Origin: Podarcis gaigeae
Taxonomy: Eukaryota
DNA length: 64,000 nucleotides
Reading direction: 5' to 3' (one strand)
NCBI GenBank assembly: GCA_964106915.2
Contig: OZ066916.1
Below are positions 50,301-63,824 of this stretch, piece after piece. The number at the start of each line of letters is the position of its first letter. Within the stretch, counting starts at the first letter, position 1. The notes beneath the pieces are model-generated. The model searched no databases, was not told the origin of the DNA, and saw only the letters and a list, made by a program, of their open reading frames with translations. Both the position numbers and the translations under genes were made by a program.

Positions 50301-52964
50301 CAAATATCCTCTGAAACTGTGTGTCATAAACATGGGGAACCACAAGCAAGCCCTTCTCCTCAGTAGAAGGTATTTTCTGGTGGTGTGGACTGCAGGTGAC
50401 TGTTTTGCTAGAAATGGTTAACTATATGAACTGCTTTCAAAATGGTTCCTGTAATTAATCAGGCACCATTAAATGTATAGCTAGTTAATTTTGCCTACTG
50501 ATTTAAACTGCAGTTAAGTTGGTATGGCACAAATTCTGCAGGCGTGGCAAAGGAGTAAAGGAAAAGAGACAATTGGTTTACCCTCTGAGTTGTTGCTTAT
50601 ATGCTGTTCTCACTGTGTCAGTTTTATCTACATGCTAGGCTTATATGCCCAATAATTATAATTTATGAACGCCTTTCAAGAGGTACTGTGTGAATTATAC
50701 TAATTTGTCCATAACAATTGCTGCTTCTATGGCAAAGGTCAGTGTTTTCAGTGAGCAGGATTAGATCACCTGCTTATGTTCTGTGGTCATGTCTCTTGGT
50801 ACAATTTTAAATCTGTATTGGTCATAATTCAGTACCAGACTCTTTAGATGTTATGTTTGGCCTTCTCAGGTAGATTCTTCTGATAGTGGTTGCCTATTTT
50901 AAACAATGAGTGGTGACTTTGATTTAAAAGAATTTAATTTCTGATTTGCTTTTATCTAGAGTTCTTGAGATCTGTGTTTAGTGAGCTACTTTCATTGAAA
51001 ACACCAGTAACATTCCTACTGTAGGCATGTGTGCATTGTCCCTATCTGATGAGATATAAAGCTTTGGGGTTTGATGCATCCTAGATGGGATTTGTCTGGG
51101 GCTCTTTGAGAGCTGTTTGTTGTGTTGCCTTTCACTGAATACTTACTATTGGCTGATGTGGAGTGCAATTTTGATGGTGAGATGGATTAAAATACTCCAG
51201 TAATAATGAGTGTCTTTATATATTTTTCTGATCAGTTCTTCAGAACTCACTGAAATTTGCTTGCATTTTTAATATGGCTACAAATTTTCTTTGTGTGTGC
51301 ATGTGTCGTTGTCTGTCTCTCCTATGGCTGTCAAGGTCTCCACTGTGACCTGGATGAATAAATACGTTTTTTACCAAGCAAATGCAAAACTAGCAAAATT
51401 TTAAAAATCATACTTGTAAGTGGCCTTTAAAAATCAACTTGTTCAAAATGATATCTAAGTGTAATATGTGACCATATTAAAATCTACACTAAATCTCTCA
51501 GAACTGGTTTTTCAACTAGCAAGGTTAAAATCAATATCATACAAACAAAACATAAAGCATAACAATTTTACATCACATAAAACAAAATAAAATTTAAAAC
51601 CGCATCTTACAACAACCGGTATAAAACAAACTAAAAAAAACAACCAGCAGCAACCCTTTCTCCTGTCTCCCCCACCACCCCACTTTAAGCACATCTAAAC
51701 AAAATGATCTTAACCTATTGAAAGAAACGAGAGCCAAACAAACCTTCCTGAAGATGGAATTGCATACTTTTAGACACCATCAATGAAAAGACCCCAGGAA
51801 GGGCCTCAGGTTCAGAGTGGGGCATTTGAGCAAGTTTGTATGGAAAATGTAGTCTTAAAGGCTCACCAGTCCTAAAGAATACAGTCTTCTCCAGCTATAT
51901 TTGGAGTTTAGGTATCAACTAGTACAGGATGTTCTTTGACTGTTCCATCACCTCCTCACTTTTCTGTCCAGTTTACTTGCAGCATAGTATTACCTTGTTT
52001 TATTTATTTAGAACATTTATATCCTGCTTTTCAACAACAAAAAATCTTAAAGTGGTTTGCATATGTCAAGACAGCTTACAAATATGTATGAATCTTGTTG
52101 TTTGCATTCTCAGCAGGGTTGGCTTCCACATGTAGATGTATTCTAGAGCACAGGACCAGACTGCTTCAGGTTCTGTTTGTCTCTGCCTTGACAATGGGAT
52201 AGGGTGGAAGCACCTGCACACCGTCCCCGCCCAACTAGAGGAGCAACGGTACCCTAATTGGGTCAGGGATGCTTCTTCCACATGGTTCTTCCCTCTGTTG
52301 AACAGTGCTGTTTGACAGCAGTTAGATTCCTTGCAGGTAGGGGCTTGATGGAGTTGCCCTCTGCCAATGGTGGTTCTGGCTAACTTGGCCTCATCAGTGG
52401 AGAAAAGAGTCCTTCCACAGGAACATAGTTCATGAACTTATTTTCTATACAAATTTGTCTCCAATATATTCCCAGTAGCCACAGCCACTCTTGTGGTCTT
52501 TAACTTTACAGTGTAATTCTGTGATTTTTTCTAAAATTTATCATTTTTTTGTGGTTCAGCGGTTTTCTTTTTGAAGTGTTAGTATTCCATTGTTTGGGGG
52601 AGGTGGTTGGAAAGAGGCTTAAGTAAACTTGACTCAATTGTTAAATCCATTTAGTGCCAGGGAAATCATACAAAATAATGACCTTCAGTGCACTACAATA
52701 AAGACATCAGAGATTCTGAGAATTTTAACTACTAATGTTCCTAACTGTTCATAACTCCAAAGAAGGTACACTGCCATACTCTGACTGCACACTTGTCACT
52801 AAAACCTGTTACAAATATATGTGTAAATGCGCATACCTTCCTTGCTTACAACTGTTGTATATGATTTCTTATTTTGGAAACCAACAGCTTAAATTCTTAG
52901 TTTCATAAACTCTTTAAAATGTGATCATTCTAGCTTTATTATAAAACTATACGTTATTTTTCAG

Positions 52965-53015
52965 CAAAGATGTCTAGAAAATTAAGCTTACCAACTGAAC
53001 TGAAACCTGAGTTAG
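52965..53015 (+). CDS. STXBP5: STXBP5 exon ~22 (51 nt, alternative; absent from s-tomosyn)
   Basis: tttcag|CA...G|gtaagt; AKMSRKLSLPTELKPEL (17 aa), contains RKLS PKA motif and LKPE SUMO consensus. Confidence 0.94.
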
Positions 53016-53367
53016 GTAAGTGTTTGTTCAAAGCCTGTATTAATGATGTTTACAATTTTTGAAAAGGCTGCGGAAAAAGAAACACATACAGTGACCGAAC
53101 TACTAAGTAGGGGGGAGTACATTTAATTTCCATTGTTGTATTCCAAAATTTGACAGTATTTAATGCATGTAAGAAAAATGCTTTCCCATCTACTTGGAGC
53201 CACTTTTATGTTCTTCTCATTTAAAACCATGGGAAATCTATTGAAATAAGACATGAAATTTTCTTCTTAGGTTCTTGTTTTTTAATCACCGTGTTTCACA
53301 TTATTATCAGTTTGGACACTGTATGGAAAACAAGAATAGTTTAAGGAAATCCTATATACCTCTTTTC

Positions 53368-53595
53368 ATAGCCAGTGGTTATAAGAGTGTTGAGTTAGGA
53401 CTTGAAGATCCAGATTCAGATCTCTATTGAGTCATTCAGCTCACTCACTTGAGCTTACTTACTTTCTCTCAACCTAACCTATTCCACATGACTGTTGTGT
53501 GAATAAAAGAGGCATCGGAGGAATAACGTGTGCTGCCTTGTGCTCCCTAGAGTAAAAGCAAGATATAAATGTAAAAAAATAAATTGAATAAATAG
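53368..53595 (+). mobile_element. tRNA-derived MIR/Squam3-like SINE
   Basis: agtggtt..agagtgttg..tagga..gagatccagattcagatc head, ctctcaacctaaccta..ccaca..gttgtg core, L2-like tail gatataaatgtaa(a)taaat; similar remnant at ~34430-34540. Confidence 0.65.
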
Positions 53596-55897
53596 GCTGC
53601 TGCTTCTGCTACATAATATTTCTTAAGATCTAATCAATCACCTGAGTCTTAAAACAAGTATTTAATGAACTGCTATGTGCATCACAGTGGGGTGTTGCTG
53701 CAACTGTATACACAGTTTGAGAAACTTAGGCAAGAATACAAACAGCTGCCTTTGAAACTACCATTACTTTTAAATATAGTTTGCTATACTGGAGTAGTGG
53801 GATACAATTTTAAAAAAATTTAAAGTACCCTTAGGAAATGGAACTTCATAGTTCTTCAGATCATGGCCTCAGTAGTGAGGCCTTAGGTTTTAAGATCCCA
53901 TGGGGATATAATTGTGTGTCGGTCTTTATTGATTTTGATTGGACCATTGGCATATAAAACTAAAATCATGTATATATATATTAGTAGTACAGTAGGCGTA
54001 CGCTCATGTTTAAATCTGAATGCCTTTATGAAATCATGCTGTTTTCTTGAACTATGTCTTAGCAAATTTACGTGTCCATTAAAGCCCTTGCAGTTTTATT
54101 AAGGAAATAGTACTATAGAGTTCTCTATCAAAAGAAAGGTACAAACTAAAAGTCAAAGAGGCAGAAATCAATGTCAGGCACATCCCCTACTTTCAGTGAA
54201 TTATAAGGTTTTTGGTTTATCTTATTTGTTACAGATGTGCATGTTAATCTTGAAATTTCAGTATTTCTTCACACTTCTGATCCTTCTGCTTTTTTGCAGT
54301 TCTTCTTTACAAACATGCTTACTAAATGCAGCAAATCACTATATAATACCAGGTTTAAAAGTCTGCTGTTCGTATGAAAATGAGATTTTAACATACTGTA
54401 CTTTTGAAAGGGACAGTATGACCAGTATGGCAATTTAATAGGTCAGAAATCATTTTCATACTTTCAATGGATCTAAGATCTGAACAATATATTTACATGG
54501 ACTGAACTGTGTCAGAAAATCTCAGTGTGTTCTTCCTCTCTCCTTCAAGATGCCTTCACTGCTCAAATATTGGCAAAGGATAGGAGGAACAATGCTATGT
54601 TCTTGCTACTTTAGCATAGAGAGTTGAGTGCATTCAACATGGTGGCTTAACTTTTCAAGGTACACTTCAGCTCCTCTTGGGACACACAACTTGGAAATCT
54701 CACTGTTTTATAACTTGAGAAGTATTGAGTTTTTGTATAAAACTTTCTGCCATAAAAATAAAACCACAATTTTGAAACTACACTTTAAAACTAAGCAATA
54801 AGATTAAGCAATATAACAAAATAATAGACGCATCATCATCAACATCATCATCAATAACAAAAGCCCTACTGGAAACAAAGAGCTCCTGATAAACTTAATA
54901 ACATCAAAAGAGATGGGCATGAACTGACCTTCTTATGCAGTGGCCTTCACAGTTAATGCTACTGCCATAGAAAGGTCCTGCCATGTACCTTTATCAAATA
55001 CCGTCATTGTGTTGCTAACCATATACTACAGATACACTAAAGCAAGCACCCATAATTAATCTTATCTAGACAACTGTATCGTACTCTACCACCATCCCCT
55101 TCTCTATCTCTCCACATTAAATACACACGTTCAATAGATTCTGTGGCTGGGTGGTCTATGAGAATATATATTTTAAGTGTCTGGGCTCTAGTTTTTGGCT
55201 CAGAAATCTGACCTAATATTATATTGGTGTTTCAAAAAAAAAAGTACATTTATGGGTTCATCTAATTTACATAAGCAAATAGATCCTCTGTCCTAAAGTT
55301 GCAATAACTAGCTTTTAAAAATAGTGAGAACTATTAATCTGAACTAAAAAAGAAATCAATAGCTCTCTGTGTGTAAGTGGGTGTGTTTGTGTGTGTTTGT
55401 GTATGTTTGTAAAAGAACTTAAAATATGTTTACATCATTTTCCTCCATAGTGCATAGCATCTCATAAAACTAGTCAGAAAGAAAATGACCAAGCTGGTCT
55501 GAGAAATGGCGCATCATGCAACATTATTATATATATCTTTTTTTAAAAAAATAACTTGATCACAGCTGTGTTGTCCTATCTAAAAGATAAATGTGATTAT
55601 GATAAAGTATGGTATATTCTGCAAGCTACTTTTCATGTACAGATACATAGATTTACTTCTTTGTCGATACTTGTAGACCGTGATGGTGCTCTTGTGGGCA
55701 TATATGTGTATGTTCAAACACATTTCTTTCACACTTGTTACTTAAGTGTTCACCTAAAACATGCAATGTGTGAAATGCACTTAACTATAGTGAACTGAGT
55801 TTTTATAGACGCCTTATAGCTAAACTGTTTGTAACTGTCCTTTAAAGGAAAGATGGACTATTTTTCATTGTGTTTAAATTGATATTAAATATTTCAG

Positions 55898-56137
55898 ATG
55901 TTAGAGACAACTCCTTCAGCAGATCCAGGAGTTCTAGTGTCACCAGCATTGACAAGGAATCTCGAGAAGCAATTTCAGCTCTTCATTTCTGTGAGACTTT
56001 CACACGAAAAGCTGATACAGCACCTTCACCCTGCTTGTGGGTTGGCACTACGTTGGGTACAGTTTTAGTCATTGCATTGAATTTACCCCCAGGAGGAGAG
56101 CAAAGACTACTTCAGCCAGTAATTGTATCTCCCAGTG
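55898..56137 (+). CDS. STXBP5: STXBP5 exon ~23 (240 nt)
   Basis: tttcag|AT...G|gtatgt; DVRDNSFSRSRSSSVTSIDKESREAISALHFCETFTRKADTAPSPCLWVGTTLGTVLVIALNLPPGGEQRLLQPVIVSPS. Confidence 0.96.
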
Positions 56138-56956
56138 GTATGTATTTCACAAGGCAGAGTTTACAATGTGCAAAATACTATGTGCTTTTAATTCTTAACG
56201 TGGTGTTGTGATTATGACAGTCATCGGCACAAAAGCAAGAAGGCCATTTGTTGGCTTCTTCTGGCGTATTTTGCCAGAAAAATGAACTTTCTTGTGAGAA
56301 TTGTGATTGTTGGCTTCTCTTATAGTGCTAAAGTTTATATATAATCAGGTATATAGGAATTCAGCACAATCCTTTTCATCTGTAAAATTTCATCTTCACA
56401 TATGTGTAAAAGGAAAATAATATCACTTATAAACTGCAATATTTCTAACCATATGCCTCAAATAGATTGTGCTTTGTATAAATGGACATGTCATCTTGCT
56501 TTGGAAGCACAGGATTAGAAAATCTGTAGATTTGGCTATCCTGTACAACAGCATTTGAGGGCAATTGTGAGCAAGTCCTTTCCCCTGAATTTTATTATTC
56601 TTTATCTATAGATTTCTGTATTGTTTTCTCCTATAGATGGAAAAGACCTCTGAGGGATGCCAGAAAATCCTGCTTTTTTTAAATTCTCCACCCCCCCCCA
56701 AAAAAAATGATAAGCAGGAACTATAATTTTTGTGTGTGTGCTGCCATCATGTTGCCAGCATTATCCTATTTCAACACAGGGTTAAAGAAAGAGAAAAGAT
56801 GTATAAACGAAGTAGTTTGATCCAGACATGTGATTCATAGAGTTATACTATATGTGGGGGGTGGGGGGGAGACCATTTTAGCTACTTTCCTCTCTCCATC
56901 ATCCCCCTTATGATCTCTGAAAATCTGTTACAGTAGTTTCAGCAACTGACATGAGT

Positions 56957-57057
56957 ACATAAGAATAAAAGAAGAGCCCTACTGGATCAGATTAAAGGCC
57001 CAGCATCTTACGCTCACAGTGACCAGCCAGATGCCTATGGGAAGCTCATAAGCAACA
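56957..57057 (-). mobile_element. CR1 3' end fragment
   Basis: acataagaa..aagaagagccctactggatcag..aaggcccagcatc..cacagtgaccagccagatgcc..tgggaagc. Confidence 0.7.
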
Positions 57058-57493
57058 ACATGGGGAGGCTAGAGGAAGAAGGAACTGGGGGAATTCCTTC
57101 CTCCAGCATAGACCCTCTGCTGGATCTCAGTATCTTCTGCAAACAGGAACCCTTTTTTTTTACAGAACAAATCCAAGGCAGTATTTCATTAAAAAAGGAG
57201 CTTCCAAATATAAGTACATATAAATGTACTTTCATATGGGTTCTTCAGTATGATCTTTCATTAAAAGAACAAGTTATGTGCTTACATGTATTTCTTGAAG
57301 ACTTCGTTTCAGAAAGGACCCTTGTTTTGGAGTGACCCTTAAGCACATTCTACATGTCATGGTATTATGGAGGCAATAGTTTAAGAGTGCTTTATAAATT
57401 AGGAATGCATTTCAGTGTATTGGGCTGAACATTTTTTTATTAGTCAAAAATTGTACAGCTATTTTAGCAACTTTCTCTGTTTCTGTATCTTAG

Positions 57494-57863
57494 GAACCAT
57501 ACTAAGGCTTAAAGGGGCAATACTGAGAATGGCTTTTCTGGACACTACAGGATCATTAGTTCCACCAGCATATGAACCCTGGAGAGAACCCAATGTTCCT
57601 GAAGACAAGGAAGAAAAGGATAAGGTGAAGAAACGCCGGCCTGTCTCAGTGTCTCCATCCTCCTCTCAGGAAATCAGTGAAAACCAATATGCAGTGATAT
57701 GTTCTGAAAAGCAAGCAAAAGTTATTTCACTGCCTTCACAGAACTGTACTTATAAGCAAAATATAACAGAGACTTCATTTGTCCTTCGTGGAGATATAGT
57801 GGCACTGAGTAACAGTATCTGCCTTGCTTGTTTCTGTGCCAATGGACATATAATGACTTTTAG
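57494..57863 (+). CDS. STXBP5: STXBP5 exon ~24 (370 nt)
   Basis: tcttag|GA...AG|gtaaga; GTILRLKGAILRMAFLDTTG...CLACFCANGHIMTF(S); gene continues beyond the window. Confidence 0.96.
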
Positions 57864-59499
57864 GTAAGATATTCAATACTAAAAGGAGGCAATATAATAG
57901 TATAGATGTGTTCGCTGAAAATACATAAAATGTACAAAGACTTTAAGAAAACAAATGTTATATAGGTGAATAAGACTGCAACTACACAGGGAAAATGAAG
58001 GATTTGATGGGTAAATATTGTTGCAGCTGTAATATATTTACAGTATTAAAATAATAGACTTATTCTATTATTATTAATTTATTTTAAAATCTGTCAAACA
58101 GATGCTGCATATTTTATCTGCAACAGAGCCTAGAACAAGGGATTCTTCAGTTCACACTGAAGCTGTACAAGTGATGGGGAGAACATGCAGTCATAACATG
58201 CATACTTCATATGTAACCTGTATGCAGGACTGCTGATAAACTAGCCACTTGTTTACCTATTTATGTGATTTAATGCAGTTTTTGAATGACTTTGAAGCAA
58301 AAGATAACTTTTGCCATCCCTTTGCTACATGCATTTTTCTTCTTTTGGCTTGACTAATTAACATTAAGAATGCAGTTCACAGCTATTTAAAATCATTTTG
58401 TTTGGAATTATAACTTAATAGGGCTCTGCTTAAATATCATTAAAATCGTGGCTTGTGTTAACCATAGTTTAGAATCCAAACAATACTCTGTGCTTCCAGA
58501 AATGCCGTTACTGCTTGTTATTCTCTTGATGATCTGGTGCAGTGCCTCAGCTGCAAATTTTGTCAGTTGAATCATTGTACCAAGCCATCGTAAGCAAAAA
58601 GGCTGCTCAGTGGAATGCTTACACAACTGATCTTTCCACTCCTCATGCAGCCCCCTGCACCCCTGAAAGGCTGCTCCAGACAGTAAAGGTGGAATCTCAA
58701 CTGCAGGGTGTATCATGGAAGGCTGCAGTGGGAATGCCACCCCAAATTAGGCAGAAGACTCTTGCTGCAACAGATTGAATTCTAGCTGTGGAGCTCCCCT
58801 AATGTATGTTTCCTCAATCTGATTTTGGGTGGTTCCCCATTCTGTGACAGCCTCCCATGATTCGGCCCATACTGTTCTGGAGTGAATCCTGGAAATAATG
58901 GGAAGGAGGGGAGAATGATCAATTCTACAAGTGGTCTTGAGCTTGCATAACCTTTGGATCTGACCCCATGTTTTATTACCTATTTCAAACAGTAGCTTAT
59001 TTTTACTTGCCAGCCAGATGTAAACTAGTTTGTCAATTTAAACATTGTGTTAACTTTGGTTAAACTTTTTTGACCAAGATTTAGTATGATATCTGAAGAA
59101 AACCAGTATCAGACGAGCTTGCTGTGATCGAGAGATTGTTGTTTCATTTGTCAGCTGATAGGACCGGGAGAAAGGAAACAGTTGTCTGCTTCATGCAAGG
59201 GAACTGTGCCCACATATGCTGAGCATATCTTTGGGTGGCAGCTGCTACTGCCATTAAAAGTAGAGGCTAAATTTTACAGATCCATCTCTCAAAAGTGTCT
59301 GCTTTCCAGCTAGACATGACTAAATTTGAATTTAAAACACACAGAGACAGTGTGAACAGAGGAAAAGTGCAATCTAATAGTAGGAGGGAAAGATTTCATA
59401 TCAAGTTGGATTTCTATGTCATCATCTTCCCTCAATGGATTTGTGGGACATGTACCATTAGTTGCAAGAGTTTGACTTCTTTGCAATGGTATTTTTGAA

Positions 59500-61890
59500 T
59501 TACTTAAACTTACTTACCTGCGTTAACTAACTAACCTGGGATCAGAAGCTTTGAGTGGACTGTGCTGGAACAGAGATGCAGGCAGGGTGCCTCTAGAGAG
59601 GAGGAAGATTGCCCAGTGCAGGAGGCGAACCCCTGGAGGAATGGGGCACAAAAAAGCAGGACTTTCAGGAGCTATGCTGTGTCTCTGGGACTACAAAACT
59701 GGTTCCATGCCCTCATCTCGAACACCAATTCTCAGCCAGAGGAGCAAGTGCAGTGGTTGCAAACCTCAAACACACCAAGATGGTAGCGGAAGGTACAGTG
59801 TACAGAATGATTCCTGTCACTCCCCAGAAAAGGAAGAGATTTGTAGTCGTGGCAGGTGACTCTCTATGGAAGAGGACAGAGGCAGCAGTGTGCAGAAGAT
59901 TAACCCATAGTTTTAGTTGTCTCTACACAGTTGACTCTCTATATTCTTCATGCAGAGAATATGGGAAACAAGCAATTAGATATTGAGCACTTAATGCAGG
60001 ATGGCAAATATGACCTAATAGGCATTACTGGAATCTGGTGGGATGAGACTCATGACTGGAATATAGAAATTTAGGAGTACAACCTGCTCCAAACAAATAG
60101 ATCAAACAGGAAGGGAAGAGGAGTAGTATTATATGTTAAGAAAATGTACACTTGTGAAGAGATCCATGACTTGGAACATAGAAGGCAGATTGAGAGAATA
60201 TGGGTAAAAATTGTAAAAGTGACCTTGCTAAACATTCAAAAAGGAAAGGTATAGTAGTCATGGGAGACTTCAACTACCCTGATATCTGTTGGAGCTCAAA
60301 CTCTTCCAAGAATGTAATTCCTCAATTGCCTCACTATTTCATTTCCAATAAGGTGGCACAAGAGGGTCATCTCTCGGACCTGGTCCTCACCAACATAGAG
60401 GAACTGATGGACAAAGTGAAAGTATAGGGAACCTTGGGAGGAATTAATCATGTCCTTTTGGACTATATGATACCTAGCTACAGGAAAGCTGAGTGTAATG
60501 GGACATGCGCTCTGGACTTTAAATAGGCTGATTTCAAAAACCTTGAGGAACTACTGTGTGAGGTCTCATGGTCAGAAATACTCTTAAGAGAAGGGTGTCC
60601 AAGATGGATGGAAGTTTCTTAAATGTGAAATATTGAAGGCACAGACAGTTCCAACAAGAAAGAAAAGTGAGAGGCACCTAAATAAACAACTATGGCTTCA
60701 TAATGAACTTACAGATTAGCTGAGATGTAAGAAGGGAATGTATAAGGGAATGTATAATAAATGGAAGAAAGGAGAAATCACCAAGGAAGAGTATACATGA
60801 GTTGCAGGGAGGTCAGGCAGGCCAAAGCTCAGAATGAGCTCAAGCTTGCAAGAGAAATTAACAACAGTAAAAAAAGGTTTTCTTTGGCTATGTTCAAAAC
60901 AAGAGAAAGAAAAAGCAAGATCCTCTGATTGGAGTAGACAGAGAAATGCTATTGGGTGGCAGAGAAGTGCTCAGTGCCTGCTTTGTCTCTGCACCCAAAA
61001 TAAAAGCAGTGCCCAACCTGATGATGACAGAATAAATGATACAAGAAAGGAGTTGCAGCCAAAGATGGGAAGAAGTGGTAAGGGAACACCTAGCTACTTT
61101 AAATGAATTCAGATTTCCAGGGCCTGATGAGCTGTACTCAAGAATACTAAAGGAAATTTCAGGAGTAAACTCAGAGCCTCTGCTTATAATCTTTGACAAT
61201 TCTTGGACAACAAGTGAGGTCCCAAAAGACTAGAGGTGGGCAGATGTCCTCAGCTTCAAAACAAGAAAAAAAGTTCCAGATAACTACCAATAGGTCAGCT
61301 TGACATCAGTACCAGGAAAGGTCCTAGAACAGATAATTAAACAGTCAGTTTGTGAGCATTTATAAAAGGACACTGTGATTACTACGACCCACCATGGGTT
61401 ACTCAAAAACAAGTCATGTCTGATGAATCTCATTTCTTTCTTTTTGATAGTTACAAGCTTTGTGAATCAGGAGAATGCTCTGGATGTAGTGTATCTTGAT
61501 TTCAGTAAGGCTTTTGACAAAGTCCCTGTGATATTCTTGCTGAGAAACTGGTAAAATGTAGACTGGACTAGATGACTGTTAGGTGGATTTGTAACTGGTT
61601 CACTGACCAAACCCAAAGAGTGCTCACTAACGGTTTCTCATCATCCTAGAAAAAAGGGACATGTGGATGTGGAGTGCTGCGGGGTTCTAACATCTTTATA
61701 ATGACTTGGATGAAGGTATTGAGGGGACAGACTCCCATGAGAGGTGGTGGACTCTCCTTCCTTGGAGGGTTTTAAGCAGAAGTTGGATGGTCATCTGTCA
61801 TGTATGATCTAGTTGAGATTCCTGCACTGCAGGGAGTTGGACTAGATGACCCTCAGGGTCCTTTTTAACTTTACAATTCTATAATTCTAT
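59500..61890 (+). mobile_element. CR1 LINE, degraded, internally deleted
   Basis: ORF1 esterase-like VVVAGDSL; endonuclease IVVMGDFNYPDICW and DLVLTN; RT region FPGPDELYSRILKE and VYLDFSKAFDKV; 3' UTR ending attctataattctat; deletion at ~61725. Confidence 0.9.
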
Positions 61891-63331
61891 CTTTTCCTAA
61901 ACAATCTGCATTGGCATATGCAATAGATCTATAGAGTTTGTTTATAGGATTCTGCAAGTAGGTCAAGACTGTTTGTTTGTTAAAATAATATCATTTTGTT
62001 CAAATAAAGAACTATACAGGAATTCTAGAATGTGCTGCCTGAAAAGACTCAGCACTGGTAACTTGCAACTTACGCACATTTAACTTGTGTCCATCTGCTT
62101 TACACACTTGGCAAAAAAAATTACAAAGGGATGGGCATCCTAAGGGGATGGCATTCCCATCCACCACTAAACCCTATATGTTTTGACTACACGATTTTGG
62201 CTTTATGCACTATCCCTGTAACATAACCCCAGCATATGTTGAATGTCATCTGTATTGTGTTTTAATATTCTGATACAACTTGTACCAAGATGATAAATTT
62301 GTTAAGCTGCTTTTTATCAGCTTACACATCCAAAATATCAAAATTATTCAAACATAAATGGTACTCATGAATATCTTAGATCATATTTATTTGACAAATG
62401 TCTTTACCAGCCACCTATGAAGTTTTCCTTAGTTTCTGCCAATCTTTTGTCCTCAGCAATCCTGTTCAAAGAAGAGTTGGTGCTTGTGACCTATAAAATA
62501 GGTTCAAGCTCATACCCTGAAGATCACCAACTCCTCTGTTTCATGATCACGAAGAATGACTAACACAATATGTTTCACAATACCCTTTGTATACTATATC
62601 TGAAAAAGTGCGGTGAAGTTTAACAATTCAGTAGACATAATTTGGCCAGCTGCTATATTTTTTCAGTATTGTAGTTTACCTTTTGAAGTGTTTTTTATTT
62701 CCAGGCAGGACTTAGCAGTGGTTCTAGTCATTATCTATAAGAAGAGACTCTGTTCTTTTTTCCCTGTGATACATCTTTTAAAAGCATCTAAGTTTAGTGA
62801 TGTCTGTGGTTGGTGTTCCAACCTTGGAGTTGCTGAAGGAAATGTGTCCTAAATTAGAAGCACAACTTGGATTTTCTGTACTGTCCAGGATCTGAGAAAC
62901 TTTACAGCTAGTTCTGTGTGCCCAGTGGGGCTTTGCAATTGCATTGCTCAAAAAACATCCCCCATGCTACATAGCAAACTTCTTTTGAAACTGAGGAGGC
63001 TCCAAAGTAACTTATGAGACCATGGTGTGAGGGTAGAGGGCTACTCTTCAAAAGAAAGTGGGGAATGTATCGAACAATTATGTGGCTGGAAGGCAGCTCA
63101 TGATGCAGCCAAATTCTCTCTGATCCTATTCTCTCCCAAAGCCCCTTGAACAGTGGAAGCAGTGTTGTACATGGTTGCAGTATGAGAGGAAAATCATGTA
63201 AGATCAGAAGGGGAAATTCCCTCTTCACACTGTAGCCCCATACATTGTTCAGGCAGTCCCCAAACCTCTAGAGAGCGTTTTCAGGAGGCTACACTGGGGA
63301 TGGCGGGAGAGAGTTTGGTTGCATGAAATGT

Positions 63332-63391
63332 CTTCCAGTCACACACTTCTCCTAGATGCAACTTCTAGTCACACATTTCTCCTAGATGCAA
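63332..63391. repeat. 30-bp tandem duplication
   Basis: cttccagtcacacacttctcctagatgcaa / cttctagtcacacatttctcctagatgcaa (2 mismatches). Confidence 0.95.
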
Positions 63392-63395
63392 CTTA

Positions 63396-63583
63396 CATAG
63401 GAGCCAACTCCTAGGGGCAAAAGTCCTTTTGGTCCCTCAATAAAATATTTGAGGAGGCCGGACCCTAACAAAGTTAATGGGCATTGCCATTGAAATGGTG
63501 TGTGTGCATTGCAACATGTGATCGATTATGGGGGGCGGGCCTTACTTGACCCCCCCAATATTTTATTCAAGTTGGTACCCCTG
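63396..63583. mobile_element. hAT-like MITE
   Basis: Imperfect TIRs CATAGGAGCCAACT / AGTTGGTACCCCTG; no clear TSD. Confidence 0.55.
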
Positions 63584-63824
63584 CCCAAAGTAAATATAGC
63601 AACTCTTTGCATCTCACAGAGCTTTACGTGTACATTTAATAGTTAGATTCTTTGTTTGAATGTTTCTATTGTGTATAAGATATAATATCAACATCTTTTT
63701 AACAGTGATTCTTCATGCCCTATTTAAAAACACAGAATAAAATCCCAGAGAATCAAACTGGCTACCATTTTTGGAGACGTACAATGCACCAATTAGATTA
63801 TATATATCTCCTTATGAAAAATAG

